Assembly: GCF_044704955.1 (NCBI RefSeq)
Contig: NC_092002.1
Coordinates: forward strand, 3,224,001-3,288,000
DNA: 64,000 bases
Direction: 5' to 3'
Source of the DNA: Pristiophorus japonicus
Lineage: Eukaryota
This document shows positions 24,910 to 36,760 of this stretch, one piece after another. The translations under genes and the position numbers were made by a program. The notes under the pieces are model-generated. The model had not been told where the DNA came from. It was given only the letters and a program-made list of their open reading frames with translations, and made no database searches. Positions within the stretch are counted from its first letter, which is position 1. Every line of letters starts with the position of its first letter.

Positions 24910-26020
24910 AGGGATGGGAGGTGTGTGGGAGGGGGATGAAGGGAGTGTAGGAGGGATGGAGGGAGTGAGAGAGGTATGGAGGGAGTGGGATGGATGGAGG
25001 GAGTGGGATGGATGGAGAGAGTGTGGGAGGGATGGAGGGAGTGTGAGACGGGGATGGGAGGAGTGTGGGAGGGATGGAGAGAGTGTGGGAGGGATGGAGG
25101 GAAGTGTGGGAGGGATGGAGGGAAGTGTGGGAGGGATGGAGAGAGTGGGATGGATGGAAGGAGGGAGTGGAAGGGATGGAGAGAGTGTGGGAGGGATGGA
25201 GGGAAGTGTGGGAGGGATGGAGAGAGTGTGGGAGGGATGGAGAGAGTGCGGGAGGGATGGAGGGAAGTGTGGGAGGGATGGAGAGAGTGTGGGAGGGATG
25301 GAGAGAGTGGGAGGGATGGAAGGAGGGAGTGGAAGGGATGGAGAGAGTGTGGAAGGGATGGAGAGAGTGTGGGATGGATGGAGGGAGTGTGAGACGGGGA
25401 TGGGAGGAGTGTGGGAGGGATGGAGAGAGTGTGGGAGGGATGGAGGGAGTGATGGAGGGATGGATGGAGTGGGAGGGATGGAGAGAGTGTGGGAGGGATG
25501 GAGAGAGTTGGAGGGATGGAGGGAGTGTGGGAGGGATGGAGGGAGTGTGGGAGGGATGGAGGGAGTGTGGGAGGGATGGAGGGAGTGTGGGAAGGATGGA
25601 GAGAGTGTGGGAGGGATGGAGAGAGTGTGGGAGGGATGGAGGGAGTGTGAGACGGAGGGATGGAGGGAGTGTGAGACGGAGGGATGGAGGGAGTGTGAGA
25701 CGGGGTGGGAGGGAGTGTTGGACGGGGATGGGAGGAGTGTGGGAGGGATGGAGGGAGTGTGGGAGGGATGGAGGGAGTGTGAGACGGGGTGGGAGGGAGT
25801 GTGAGACGGGGATGGGAGGAGTGTGGGAGGGATGGAGGGAGTGTGGGAGGGATGGAGGGAGTGTGAGTCGGGGATGGGAGGAGTGTGGGAGGGAGTGTGG
25901 GAGGGATGGAGGGAGTGTGAGTCGGGGATGGGAGGAGTGTGGGAGGGATGGAGGGAGTGTGAGACGGGGGTGGGAGGGATGGAGGGAGTGTGAGAGGTTC
26001 GGAGGGAGTGTGGGAGGGAC
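24910..26020. repeat. Purine-rich (GGAGGGATGGAGGGAGTGT)n low-complexity repeat
   Basis: About 1.1 kb of GA-rich degenerate tandem units. Confidence 0.92.
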
Positions 26021-26097
26021 GGATTGGGGAACGTGGGCTGGATGTGATTAATGAGATTGTTTGATTGCAGCGATGCACCTCAGCCTGAGCGGTGCTG

Positions 26098-26391
26098 ATG
26101 TGGAGCCACAGGAGTAACGGGACGGCCTGGGTTGCTGAGATGTGGAAGTATGTGACGAAGAGAGATGATAAAACGATTGTGTGCAGCATCTGTGGCCAGG
26201 AGCTGGCACTTTCCGGCAGTGCCACCAGCCTCCGGCTGCACCTGGAGCGCAGTCATCACATCCACTTCCGCGAGGACTCTGAGCGCAGTAAGCTGCAGGG
26301 AGCGGAGAGTGTCACGGAGCGCATTCCTGGCTGTCCCAGCGCCAAGGACAGGACTCCGAAGATCACAGAGCTCATTGGGATAGACAGCCCT
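26098..26391 (+). CDS. ZBED-like gene, first coding exon encoding BED zinc finger 1
   Basis: Acceptor tttgattgcag|26071, ATG at 26098. [39 protein letters not shown] fits the BED pattern W-x-Y...CxxC...HL-x3-H. Donor cct|GTGAGT is phase 0. Confidence 0.8.
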
Positions 26392-26444
26392 GTGAGTCAT
26401 CGTACCAAACTTAAACATAACTTCAGAATTGTGAGGCGGTGATG

Positions 26445-27448
26445 GCTGGGGTACAGTCTCACACACACTGACCCTCACTGGGGTACAGTCCCACACACAC
26501 TGACCCTCATTGGGGTACAGTCCCACACACACTGACCCTCACTGGGGTACAGTCCCACACACACTGACCCTCACTGGGGTACGGGTCCCACACACACTGA
26601 CTCTCACTGGGGTACAGTCCCACACACACTGACTCTCACTGGGGTACAGTCCCACACACACTGACTCTCACTGGGGTACGGGTCCCACACACACTGACTA
26701 TCACTGGGGTACGGGTCCCACACACACTGACTCTCACTGGGGTACGGGTCCCACACACACTGACTCTCACTGGGGTACGGGTCCCACACACACTGACTCT
26801 CACTGGGGTACAGTCCCACACACACTGACTCTCACTGGGGTACGGGTCCCATACACACTGACTCTCACTGGGGTATGGGTCCCACACACACTGACTCTCA
26901 CTGGGGTACGGGTCCCATACACACTGACTCTCACTGGGGTATGGGTCCCACACACACTGACTCTCACTGGGGAACGGGTCCCATACACACTGACTCTCAC
27001 TGGGGTATGGGTCCCACACACACTGACTCTCACTGGGGTACGGGTCCCATACACACTGACTCTCACTGGGGTATGGGTCCCACACACACTGACTCTCACT
27101 GGGGTACGGGTCCCACACACTGACTCTCACTGGGGTATGGGTCCCACACACACTGACTCTCACTGGGGAACGGGTCCCACACACACTGACTATCACTGGG
27201 GTACGGGTCCCACACACACTGACTCTCACTGGGGTACGGGTCCCACACACACTGACTCTCACTGGGGTACGGGTCCCACACACACTGACTCTCACTGGGG
27301 TACAGTCCCACACACACTGACTCTCACTGGGGTACAGTCCCACACACACTGACTCTCACTGGGGTACGGGTCCCATACACACTGACTCTCACTGGGGTAT
27401 GGGTCCCACACACACTGACTCTCACTGGGGTACGGGTCCCACACACTG
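26445..27448. repeat. 32/33-bp minisatellite, about 30 units, abutting a tRNA-derived SINE head (about 27450-27525, minus strand)
   Basis: Unit CTCACTGGGGTAC(GG/A)GTCCCACACACACTGACT. Confidence 0.95.
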
Positions 27449-27769
27449 CGGTGCTCAAGTCCCTGGAGTGAGGACGAACCCACGACCTGCTGACTCCAGG
27501 GTAAGGGAGCTGCCCCATGTGCCACGGCCAACACATAAATAATCCCCACATTCGAATAATCCATTCACAGTTGGCGAGTGCTGTGCCAAAGGGAACGTGG
27601 AGAGGAGCAGTAAGCCGGATAGTGACATGAGGGAGAAAGGAATAGAAGGAGATGGTGATGGGCTGAATGGCCTATCGCGATGTAATTCTATCAGCAGGAG
27701 TCCCTGCATTCTGGGGATGGGGAGGGGGGAGGCAAGGGGTGAATTTTGCCGGTGAAGTGCCCCCTCCCT

Positions 27770-27993
27770 CAATCTCTCCCCCCTCCCTCTCTCCCTCACT
27801 CCCCCTTGCTCTCACCCCTCCTCCCTCCCTCTCACCCCCCTCCCTCCCTCTCACCCCCCTCCCTCTCACTCCCCCTACCTCCCTCCCTCTCAACCCCCTC
27901 CCTCCCTCTCACCCCCCCTCACTCCCTCTCACCCCCCTCCCTCCCTCCCTCTCACTCCCCCTCCCTCTCACTCCCCCTCCCTCTCACTCCCCC
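27770..27993. repeat. Pyrimidine-rich (CCCT/CTCA) low-complexity repeat running into the assembly gap
   Basis: Seen directly in the sequence. Confidence 0.85.
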
Positions 27994-28601
27994 NNNNNNN
28001 NNNNNNNNNNNNNNNNNNNNNNNNNNNNNNNNNNNNNNNNNNNNNNNNNNNNNNNNNNNNNNNNNNNNNNNNNNNNNNNNNNNNNNNNNNNNNNNNNNNN
28101 NNNNNNNNNNNNNNNNNNNNNNNNNNNNNNNNNNNNNNNNNNNNNNNNNNNNNNNNNNNNNNNNNNNNNNNNNNNNNNNNNNNNNNNNNNNNNNNNNNNN
28201 NNNNNNNNNNNNNNNNNNNNNNNNNNNNNNNNNNNNNNNNNNNNNNNNNNNNNNNNNNNNNNNNNNNNNNNNNNNNNNNNNNNNNNNNNNNNNNNNNNNN
28301 NNNNNNNNNNNNNNNNNNNNNNNNNNNNNNNNNNNNNNNNNNNNNNNNNNNNNNNNNNNNNNNNNNNNNNNNNNNNNNNNNNNNNNNNNNNNNNNNNNNN
28401 NNNNNNNNNNNNNNNNNNNNNNNNNNNNNNNNNNNNNNNNNNNNNNNNNNNNNNNNNNNNNNNNNNNNNNNNNNNNNNNNNNNNNNNNNNNNNNNNNNNN
28501 NNNNNNNNNNNNNNNNNNNNNNNNNNNNNCGCCACTCCTTTCTCCCCCTCACCAGATGGGCTTTGAGCCAATGATTAACGCTGTCCCTTCATTCCCTCGA
28601 G

Positions 28602-28737
28602 GTAACGATCACGACGCATAGCAGCAAGAGGATCTCGGAAATGCTGCGCGAGTGTGCGGCCCGACTGGAGGAGGACGAGGACCCGGAGATCCACTCCTTT
28701 GCGGGGGGCAGAGAGTCCCACGCAGCACTGGCTGAAG
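28602..28737 (+). CDS. Candidate internal exon of the ZBED-like gene (VTITTHSSKRISEMLRECAARLEEDEDPEIHSFAGGRESHAALAE)
   Basis: Open and coding-like. Donor gaag|GTATAG is phase 1, matching the final exon. The acceptor would be an unusual GAG after a pyrimidine tract. An alternative exon 28556-28601 also fits the phases, and the upstream gap could hide other exons. Confidence 0.5.
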
Positions 28738-29221
28738 GTATAGTCACTGCACGGTTACAGTAAATCTCGGCCGTGTTTGCTGGACGCACTCTTGGTCTTT
28801 TTCGTTTTGTTGCTTTAAACGTCAGAGTGTTGCTGAATCCACGGGGACACTGGGAGTGTGTGTAGTCAGTTCTACAGGATTACTGTTGTGATCGGGAACA
28901 CGCTGCCTGAAAGGGCGGTGGGAGCAGATTCAGCAGTAACTTTCAAAAGGAAATTGGATAAATACTTGATGGGGAAACATTTGCGGGACTGTGGAGAAAG
29001 AGCGGGAGGAGTGGGACTGATGGATGGCTCTGTCACAGAGCCGGCACGGGCTCGATGGGCCCAATGGCCTACTTTGCTGAACAGACCGGGACTCGTTCCT
29101 CTAGGAAAGAGAAGGCCGAGGGGATGGCCTGATCACGGTCTTCAAGGTTATGAAGGGGTTGCGATAGCGTAGACGTGGAGAAGATGTGTCCGCTTGTGAG
29201 GGAGACAAGAACTCAGGGTCA

Positions 29222-29590
29222 TCAACAACAACATTGTATTTATATAGCGCCTTTAACATAGTGAAACATCCCAGGGCGCTTCACAGGTGTGTTGTGTGAT
29301 AAAAAGATTTGACACCGAGCCACATAAGGAGAAATTAGGTGACCAAAAGCTTGGTCAAAGAGGTAGGTTTTAAGGAGGGAGAGAGGCGGAGAGGTTTAGG
29401 GAGGGAGTTCCAGAGCTTGGGGCCCAGGCAACAGAAGGCACGGCCACCGATGGTGGAGCGATTATAATCAGGGATGGTCAGGGGGGCAGAATTAGAGGAG
29501 CGCAGAGATCTCGGGGGGGTTGTGGGGCTGGAAGGGATTACAGAGATAGGGAGGGGCGAGGGCCAGGGAGGGGTTTGAAAATCAGGATCA
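29222..29590 (-). mobile_element. L2-like LINE 3' fragment
   Basis: Same family as 9142-9845, with (CAA)n + TATTTATATAGCGCC tail on the plus strand. Confidence 0.8.
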
Positions 29591-29807
29591 ATATCAGACA
29601 GTCACTAATAAATCCAACAGGGAATTCAGGAGAAACTCCTTTACCCAGAGAGCGGTGAGAATGTGGAACTCGCTGCCACAGGGAGGGGTTGAGGCGAATA
29701 GTATCGATGTATTTAAGGGGAGGCTGGATAAACACATGAGGGAGAAAGGAATCGAGGGATATGGTGATGGGGTGAGATGGAGAGGGGTGGGAGGGGGCTG
29801 GTGTGGA

Positions 29808-30050
29808 GCATAAACCCCGGCACGGACCGTGGGGCATAAACCCCGGCACGGAGCGGTGGGACATAAACCCCGGCACGGAGCGGTGGGACATAAACCCCGG
29901 CACGGAGCGGTGGGGCATAAACCCCGGCACGGAGCGGTGGGACATAAACCCCGGCACGGAGCGGTGGGACATAAACCCCGGCACGGAGCGGTGGGACATA
30001 AACCCCGGCACGGAGCGGTGGGACATAAACCCCGGCACGGAGCGGTGGGA
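29808..30050. repeat. 27-bp tandem repeat (about 9 units) arising within a CR1-like 3' UTR (CR1 fragment about 29610-30065)
   Basis: Unit GGAGCGGTGGGACATAAACCCCGGCAC. Compare the unamplified GTGGAGCATAAACGCCGGCATGGAC at about 44152. Confidence 0.9.
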
Positions 30051-30131
30051 CCGATCGGTCTGTGTCTGTGCCGTAACACTCGATGTTCTGATTCTGTGAG
30101 CTGGACCTGATGGTTTGTGTGTTTTCCACAG

Positions 30132-32101
30132 ACGAGCTCTCCATGGTCCTGAGGTATCACGGGGGCAACGGGGGGTCCCGGAGGCGGAAGGGGACCGAGC
30201 CCAACTACAGGCGCAGCTCGCCCGTCAGCGGCCGGGACAAGTCACGGGCCTGGAACTTCTTCAAGAAGCTGAACGAGCGATGCGTGGAGTGCAGCCTGTG
30301 CCGGACACAGCTCTGCTACCATAGCAGTGCCACCAGCCTGCGCGAGCACCTGAGGCGCAAGCACAACCTGAGCGAGCTGGACCTGTGCCAGTGCCTGGAG
30401 GAAGGGTCCTCGTCCTCCGAGTCCGCGGGCCAGGACCCCAACGCCAACAAGAACAAGGCGCCGAGCATCTCGGACCTGGCGTTGCACGAGCCCAAGCCCT
30501 GCGCGGAGAACCGGGAGGAAGTGATCAGCGACCTGATCCTGGGCCTGGTGTTCCGCGACCTGCAGCCCCTGTCTCTCGTCGGCCATGAGGGCTTCAAGCG
30601 GCTGCTGGGCTTCCTGGAGCCCGCGTACCCGATGCCGTCGAGCGCTCACCTCGCCACCGGCCTCAGGCACAAGTACGGCCTGGCCAAGCTGCAGCTGGAA
30701 CGCGGCCTGCGCTCGGCAGTGTCCCTGACCCTCTCCACCGACACCTGGACCTCGCCGGACAAGCAGGGCTACCTGACCGTGGTGGCGCACTTCATCGACT
30801 GCGGCTGGAGGCCGGCTCGCTGCGTCCTCCGGACCAGCCCGCAGCCCACCCCGGCCCCCGAGCTGACCGGCGAGCTGCTGCGCTCGGCCCTGAGCCACTT
30901 CGGCCTGCCCAGCACGGCAGTCAGCTGCGTGGTCCACGACAGCGCGGGCGGGTTGCTGGGCTGTGCCCGCTCGCTGCAGGACCGTTTCGGATGGTGCAGC
31001 CTGTGCTGCGCGTCCCGCACCCTGCAGCTGTGTGTCAAGCTGGGGCTGCAGGTGGAGCCGGTGCCCCAGGCCCTGGCCGCTGCCCGCCGGCTGGTCAGCT
31101 ACTTCCAGCACAGCGCCCGGGCAGCTGCCCAGCTCAGTGGCCAGCTGGCCGCGAGGGACAGGCAGCGGCCCGGCCTCCTGGTCATGGACACGGCCAGTCG
31201 CTGGAGCAGTACCTTCGACATGTGCGAGCAGCTGCTGGAGGCGCGGAGGGCCCTGGGCGCGGTGCTGGAGGATGACCCCGCTGCCAACCCCACCATCCAG
31301 AACCTGTCCGACCAGCAGTGGAAGTTGCTGCAGGACTTGCTGCCCATCCTCAGGACCCTGAAGGTGGCCTCGTCCTTCCTGGGCGAGGAGCAGAACGCCT
31401 CCGTCTCCTCGCTGATGCCCTGCCTCCACGGGGTGATGACGGCCCTCATGCACCACCACGGCGACCCCGGCTGCATCGTCAAGATGGTGAGCACCAAGAT
31501 CCGGGCCGAGATCGGCAAACGCTGGCACCTGCCCGAGGAGCAGGAGCTGCTGGAAAACCCTGCCATCGTTGCCTCCTTCCTCGACCCGCGCTTCAAGGAC
31601 CTGCGCTTCCTCAACCCCGAGGCGCGGGACGAGGTGCACAACAAGGTGAAGAACATGCTGTCGGGCAGCGCCTGCAGGCCCCGCTCGCCCAGCCCCTCCT
31701 CCTCCTCGTCCTCCGACGGTGAGCGCGGCAGCAAGCGGCAGGGGGGCCGGGACCCCGGCCAGTGCCAGTACGACCTGCTGTTCGGCGAGGACCCCTCCGA
31801 GAGTCTGCCCGAGATCCACCAGCAGCTGGAGGGCTACCTGTCCGAGCCCCTGCGCAGACGGCACACCGACCCCTTCAACTGGTGGCGTGGCAACGAGCAC
31901 CGCTTCCCGGCAGTGGCCGCGCTGGCTCGCCGCTACCTGGCCATCCCTGCCACCTCGGTGTCTGCCACCGCGCCGTTCTTCAGCCCCGGCGCCCTCCCCA
32001 ACCACACCAGGCCTCCTCTGCCACCGGACCTCGTCGACCAGGTCGTCTTCCTGCACAAAAACTTCGATTACGTGGAGTCGCTGAAGAGGTTCAGGCAGTG
32101 A
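30132..32101 (+). CDS. ZBED-like domesticated hAT (Ac-family) transposase, terminal exon: BED finger 2, RNase H-like core and hATC dimerisation domain
   Basis: Acceptor gttttccacag| is phase 1. Motifs: SRAWNFF...CSLC...SLREHLRRKH (BED), DLQPLSLV..EGF..LL..LEP.Y, LSTDTWTS, YLTVVAHFID, VHDSA, CASRTLQL, SRWSSTFDM, ASFLDPRFK, DPFNWWR....FP.VA.LARRYLAIPATSV. The 656-codon frame is uninterrupted with very high GC3. Confidence 0.93.
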
Positions 32102-32987
32102 GGGCCCCTGCCCTGGGACGTATTCATTTCGTCGTCTCTCTCTCCTCGTCTTGTTTATAAATTGGGGGCTTGTTTCGACCTCCCTCCCCAGGAGCTGACT
32201 CGCGATGACCTTTCAGTTCCCCACAGGCTCCGGCCGCTCTCCCGTAACCCGGCCGTACTTCACCGGCCAGAGTGCCGGCCGATCGGCCAAGGCAGGCATC
32301 ACAGCTGAGCCCCAGCTTGTCCTGCGATTGGAAGCTGGAAACCTGGCTCCTCTCTCCCCTAGATAAACCAGAATGGAACCCCCCTCCCCACATCGCCCCC
32401 CTCCAGCCTGCGATCAGACAGCCCAGCACAGACCAGGGCTCACCCCCGGATAAAACCTTCCAATGTCTCTTCAGTGGATTTTAACAAGTGGCTTCTCCAA
32501 AGCCCTCGATAAGTTCACTGAAAGAACCTGCATTTCTATAGCGCCTGTCGTGTCCCCGGGACGTCCCAAAGCATGAAGTACTTTCTGAAGTGTCGTGACT
32601 TGTTGTTATGTACAGTGTCATTGTAATGCGGCCAATGTGTGAACAGCAAGATCCCACAAGCAGCAGTGAGATGAACGGCTCGGGTCCAGTGTCGAATGGT
32701 GATCGGGATTTGCCGTACGCAACGCGCCCTGGTCCCGAGGGCCTTTGTCGGGACAGCCCACCGCGAGCCATGCCCGGCAAGGCAGCTTCTGTTTCCGTTG
32801 GGTTACAAAAGGCAAGACTTTGGGGGAAGTTGTCTCTTTGCCCAGATCTGTAGCTGGAACCCGGCAGGGCAGCTGAGGCCATTTAAGGAACAGCTGGATA
32901 GAATCGGATGGGCTGAATGGACTCCCTCGTCCACACTGACCCCTGAGTGTTCCCGGGAGCCGCAAAATCATCAAAGCTTCAAATAAA

Positions 32988-33216
32988 AGACAGACTTGCA
33001 TTTATATAGCGCCTTTCACGAGGCACCGGATGTCTCAAAGCCAATGAAGTACTTTTGGAGTGTAGTCACTGTTGTAATGTGGGAAACGCGGCAGCCAATT
33101 TGCGCACAGCAAGCTCCCACACACAGCAATGTGATAATGACCAGATAATCTGTTTTAGTGATGTTGATTGAGGGATAAATATTGGCCCCAGGACACCGGG
33201 GAGAACTCACCTGCTC
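32988..33216 (-). mobile_element. 5'-truncated Deu-domain SINE
   Basis: Tail and Deu 3' half match the other copies. Confidence 0.85.
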
Positions 33217-34202
33217 GTCGTGTATGAAAGAACTGCTGAATAAGTGGACCGCTACCCAGTCCCACAGACACTACTGACTGTCCGCTCGCTCGCCACACAT
33301 TGTGTTTCAGGGACGGAGAAGGAAATTCTCATACAAACTAATAAACAAAATAAAGCTGAGCCACGTGCCCGGTGGAGCTGTGGCTGTTTGCTCTTTATAC
33401 GGTGACTCGATGACACAGTATCTCCATCGCTTGCTTGCCTCGTGATTCAAAGCCTGTCAAGTGGATTTTGTGATGTTTGGTGGAGAATTGTTCCAAAGCT
33501 GTGCTGGAGTGGCGATGAGAGTCTGGTGGGCAAAGTGTAGATTAATCCTGCTCCCTGCAAAACAGGCGGAGATCAACAACGACCCTTGTGTTTTGTGCCA
33601 TGTTCCCCGTGGCTGATGTACCTGCTTCGTGCTGCCGAGGAAGGTGTGCCCAGGGCTCTCAGACTGTACAGTCACCAGGCACTGCCCCCCTGTGACACTG
33701 GCTTCTGAACAATCATCGCCGCCCCTGGTTGGGAGTCTAGGACGAGGGGACATAGCCTAAAAATCAGGAGTGAAGTTAGGAAACATTTCTGCTCCACAGA
33801 GAGGTAGAAGTTTAGAACTCTCTTCCGCAAACAGCAATTGATGCTAGATCGATTGTTAATTTTAAATCAGAGATTGATAGCTTTCTGTTCACCAAAAGTA
33901 TCAAAGGGATATGGGGCAAAGGCGGGTATATGGAGTTAGGTTGCAGATCAATCATGGTCTTATTGAATGGCAGACAGGCTCGAGGGGCTGTCTGGCCTCC
34001 CACTGTTCCTGTGTTCCCCCCTCGCTCCAAGGCAGGGAGGGGCTGTAGCCTCGGCTCAGAAAGGTCGGTGTCTCCTGAACACTGTGACCCTACGCACTGT
34101 CACAGGAAGGCATGGCAACCCTCCACTTTATCCCGGTAAAGAACGTGTGTCAGCGATTAGCTTATTGAGGTCCGTGTTCTCCGTCCCACTGGCCCAGCCA
34201 CA

Positions 34203-34472
34203 AACCAGGGGAGGGGCCAAGGACTGACCAGGGGAGGGGCCAGGGTCTGGCCAGGGTCTGACCAGGGGAGGGGCCAGGGTCTGACCAGGGAGGGGCCAGG
34301 GTCTGACCAGGGGAGGGGCCAGGGACTGACCAGGGGAGGGGCCAGGGACTGACCAGGGGAAGGGCCAGGGTCTGACCAGGGGAAGGGCCAGGGTCTGACC
34401 AGAGGAGGGGCCAGGGTCTGACCAGAGGAGGGGCCAGGGTCTGACCAGAGGAGGGGCCAGGGTCTGACCAGG
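34203..34472. repeat. 23-bp tandem repeat (CCAGGGTCTGACCAGGGGAGGGG), about 11 units
   Basis: Seen directly in the sequence. Confidence 0.92.
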
Positions 34473-34475
34473 GAT

Positions 34476-34781
34476 GAAAAAAAAGAAAGACTATAGCGCC
34501 TTTCACGACCACTGGACGTCCCAAAACGCTTTACAGCCAATGAAGTACTTTTTGTAGTCACTGTTGTATTGTGGGAAACGCAGCAGCCAATTTGCACACA
34601 GCAAGCTCCCACAATCAGCAATGTGATAATGACCAGATAATCTGTTTTAGTGATGTTTATTGTGGGATAAATATTGGCCCCAGGACACCGGGGAGAACTC
34701 CCCTGCTCTTCTTCGAAATAGTGCCATGGGATCTTTTACATCCACCTGAGAGAGCAGACAGCGCCTCAGTTTAACGTCTCA
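34476..34781 (-). mobile_element. Deu-domain SINE fragment ending at the adjacent CR1 tail
   Basis: Deu core present up to TTTAACGTCTCA, then the CR1 tail begins. Confidence 0.82.
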
Positions 34782-34782
34782 C

Positions 34783-36760
34783 GTAGAAATATAGAAAATA
34801 GGTGCAGGAGTAGGCCATTCGGCCCTTCGAGCATGCACCGCCATTCAATGAGTTCATGGCTGAACATGCAACTTCAGTACCCCATTCCTGCTTTCTCGCC
34901 ATACCCCTTGATCCCCCGAGTAGTAAGGACTACATCTAACTCCTTTTTGAATATATTTAGCGAATTGGCCTCAACAACTTTCTGTGGTAGAGAATTCCAC
35001 AGGTTCACCACTCTCTGGGTGAAGAAGTTTCTCCTTATCTCGGTCCTAAATGGCTTACCCCTTATCCTTAGACTATGACCCCTGGTTCTGGACTTCCCCA
35101 ACATTGGGAACATTCTTCCTGCATCTAACCTGTCCAAACCTGTCAGAATTTTAAACGTTTCTATGAGGTCCCCTCTCATTCTTCTGAACTCCAGTGAATA
35201 CAAGCCCAGTTGATCCAGTCTTTCTTGATATGTCAGTCCCGCCATCCCGGGAGTCAGTCTGGTGAACCTTCGCTGCACTCCCTCAATAGCAAGAATGTCC
35301 TTCCTCAAGTTAGGAGACCAAAACTGTACACAATACTTCAGGTGTGGCCTCACCAAGGTCCTGTACAACTGTAGTAACACCTCCCTGCCCCTGTACTCAA
35401 ATCCCCTCGCTATGAAGGCCAACATGCCATTTGCTTTCTTAACCGCCTGCTGTACCTGCATGCCAACCTTCAATGACTGATGTACCATGACATCCAGGTC
35501 TCGTTGCACCTCCCCTTTTCCTAATCTGTCACCATTCAGATAATAGTCTGTCTCTCTGTTTTTGCCACCAAAGTGGATAATCTCACATTTATCCACATTA
35601 TACTTCATCTGCCATGCATTTGCCCACTCACCTAACCTATCCAAGTCACTCTGCAGCCTCATAGCATCCTCCTCGCAGCTCACACTGCCACCCAACTTAG
35701 TGTCATCCGCAAATTTGGAGATACTACATTTAACCCCCTCGTCTAAATCATTAATGTACAATGTAAACAGCTAGGCCCCAGCACAGAACCTTGCGATACC
35801 CCACTAGTCACTGCCTGCCATTCTGAAAAGTACCCATTTACTCCTACTCTTTGCTTCCTGTCTGACAACCAGTTCTCAATCCATGTCAGCACACTACCCC
35901 CAATCCCATGTGCTTTAACTTTGCACGTTAATCTCTTGTGTGGGACTTTGTCGAAAGCCTTCTGAAAGTCCAAATACACCACATCAACTGGTTCTCCCTT
36001 GTCCACTCTACTGGAAACATCCTCAAAAAAATTCCAGAAGATTTGTCAAGCATGATTTCCCTTTCACAAATCCATGCTGACTTGGACCTATCATGTCACC
36101 TCTTTCCAAATGCGCTGCTATGACATCCTTAATAATTGATTCCATCATTTTATCCACTACCGATGTCAGGCTGACCGGTCTATAATTCCCTGATTTCTCT
36201 CTCCCTCCTTTTTTAAAAAGTGGGGTTACATTGGCTACCCTCCACTCCATAGGAACTGATCCAGAGTCAATGGAATGTTGGAAAATGACTGTTAATGCAT
36301 CCGCTATTTCCAAGGCCACCTCCTTAAGTACTCTGGGATGCAGACCATCAGGCCCTGGGGATTTATCGGCCTTCAATCCCATCAATTTCCCCAACACAAT
36401 TTCCCGACTAATAAGGATTTCCCTCAGTTCCTCCTTACTAGACCCTCTCACCCCTTTTATATCCGGAAAGTTGTTTGTATCCTCCTTAGTGAATACCGAA
36501 CCAAAGTACTTGTTCAATTGGTCTGCCATTTCTTTGTTCCCCGTTATGACTTCCCCTGATTCTGACTGCAGGGGACCTACGTTTGTCTTTACTAACCTTT
36601 TTCTCTTTACATACCTATAGAAACTTTTGTAATCCGCCTTAATGTTCCCTGCAAGCTTCCTCTCGTACTCTATTTCCCCTGCCCTAATCAAACCCTTTGT
36701 CCTCCTCTGCTGAGTTCTAAATTTCTCCCAGTCCCTGGGTTCGTTGCTATTTCTGGCCAC
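34783..36760 (-). mobile_element. CR1-like LINE, about 2 kb 5'-truncated copy with a frameshifted reverse transcriptase
   Basis: KSPGPDG, WRVANVTPLFKKG, NYRPVSLTS, QHGF, YLDFQKAFDKVPH, QGSVLGP and KFADDTKL across three ORFs. Same subfamily as 2552-3205. Confidence 0.95.

Noticed and set aside
27667-28621. ORFs spanning the N gap
   Set aside because: These are artefacts of translating Ns.
30242-32056. 604-aa antisense ORF over the transposase exon
   Set aside because: This is the expected shadow of very high GC3 in the sense frame; it has no recognisable motifs.
29600-32500. Active autonomous hAT transposon
   Set aside because: No TIRs or 8-bp TSD were seen, the catalytic Glu and CxxH His are absent, and the ORF is entered through a splice acceptor.
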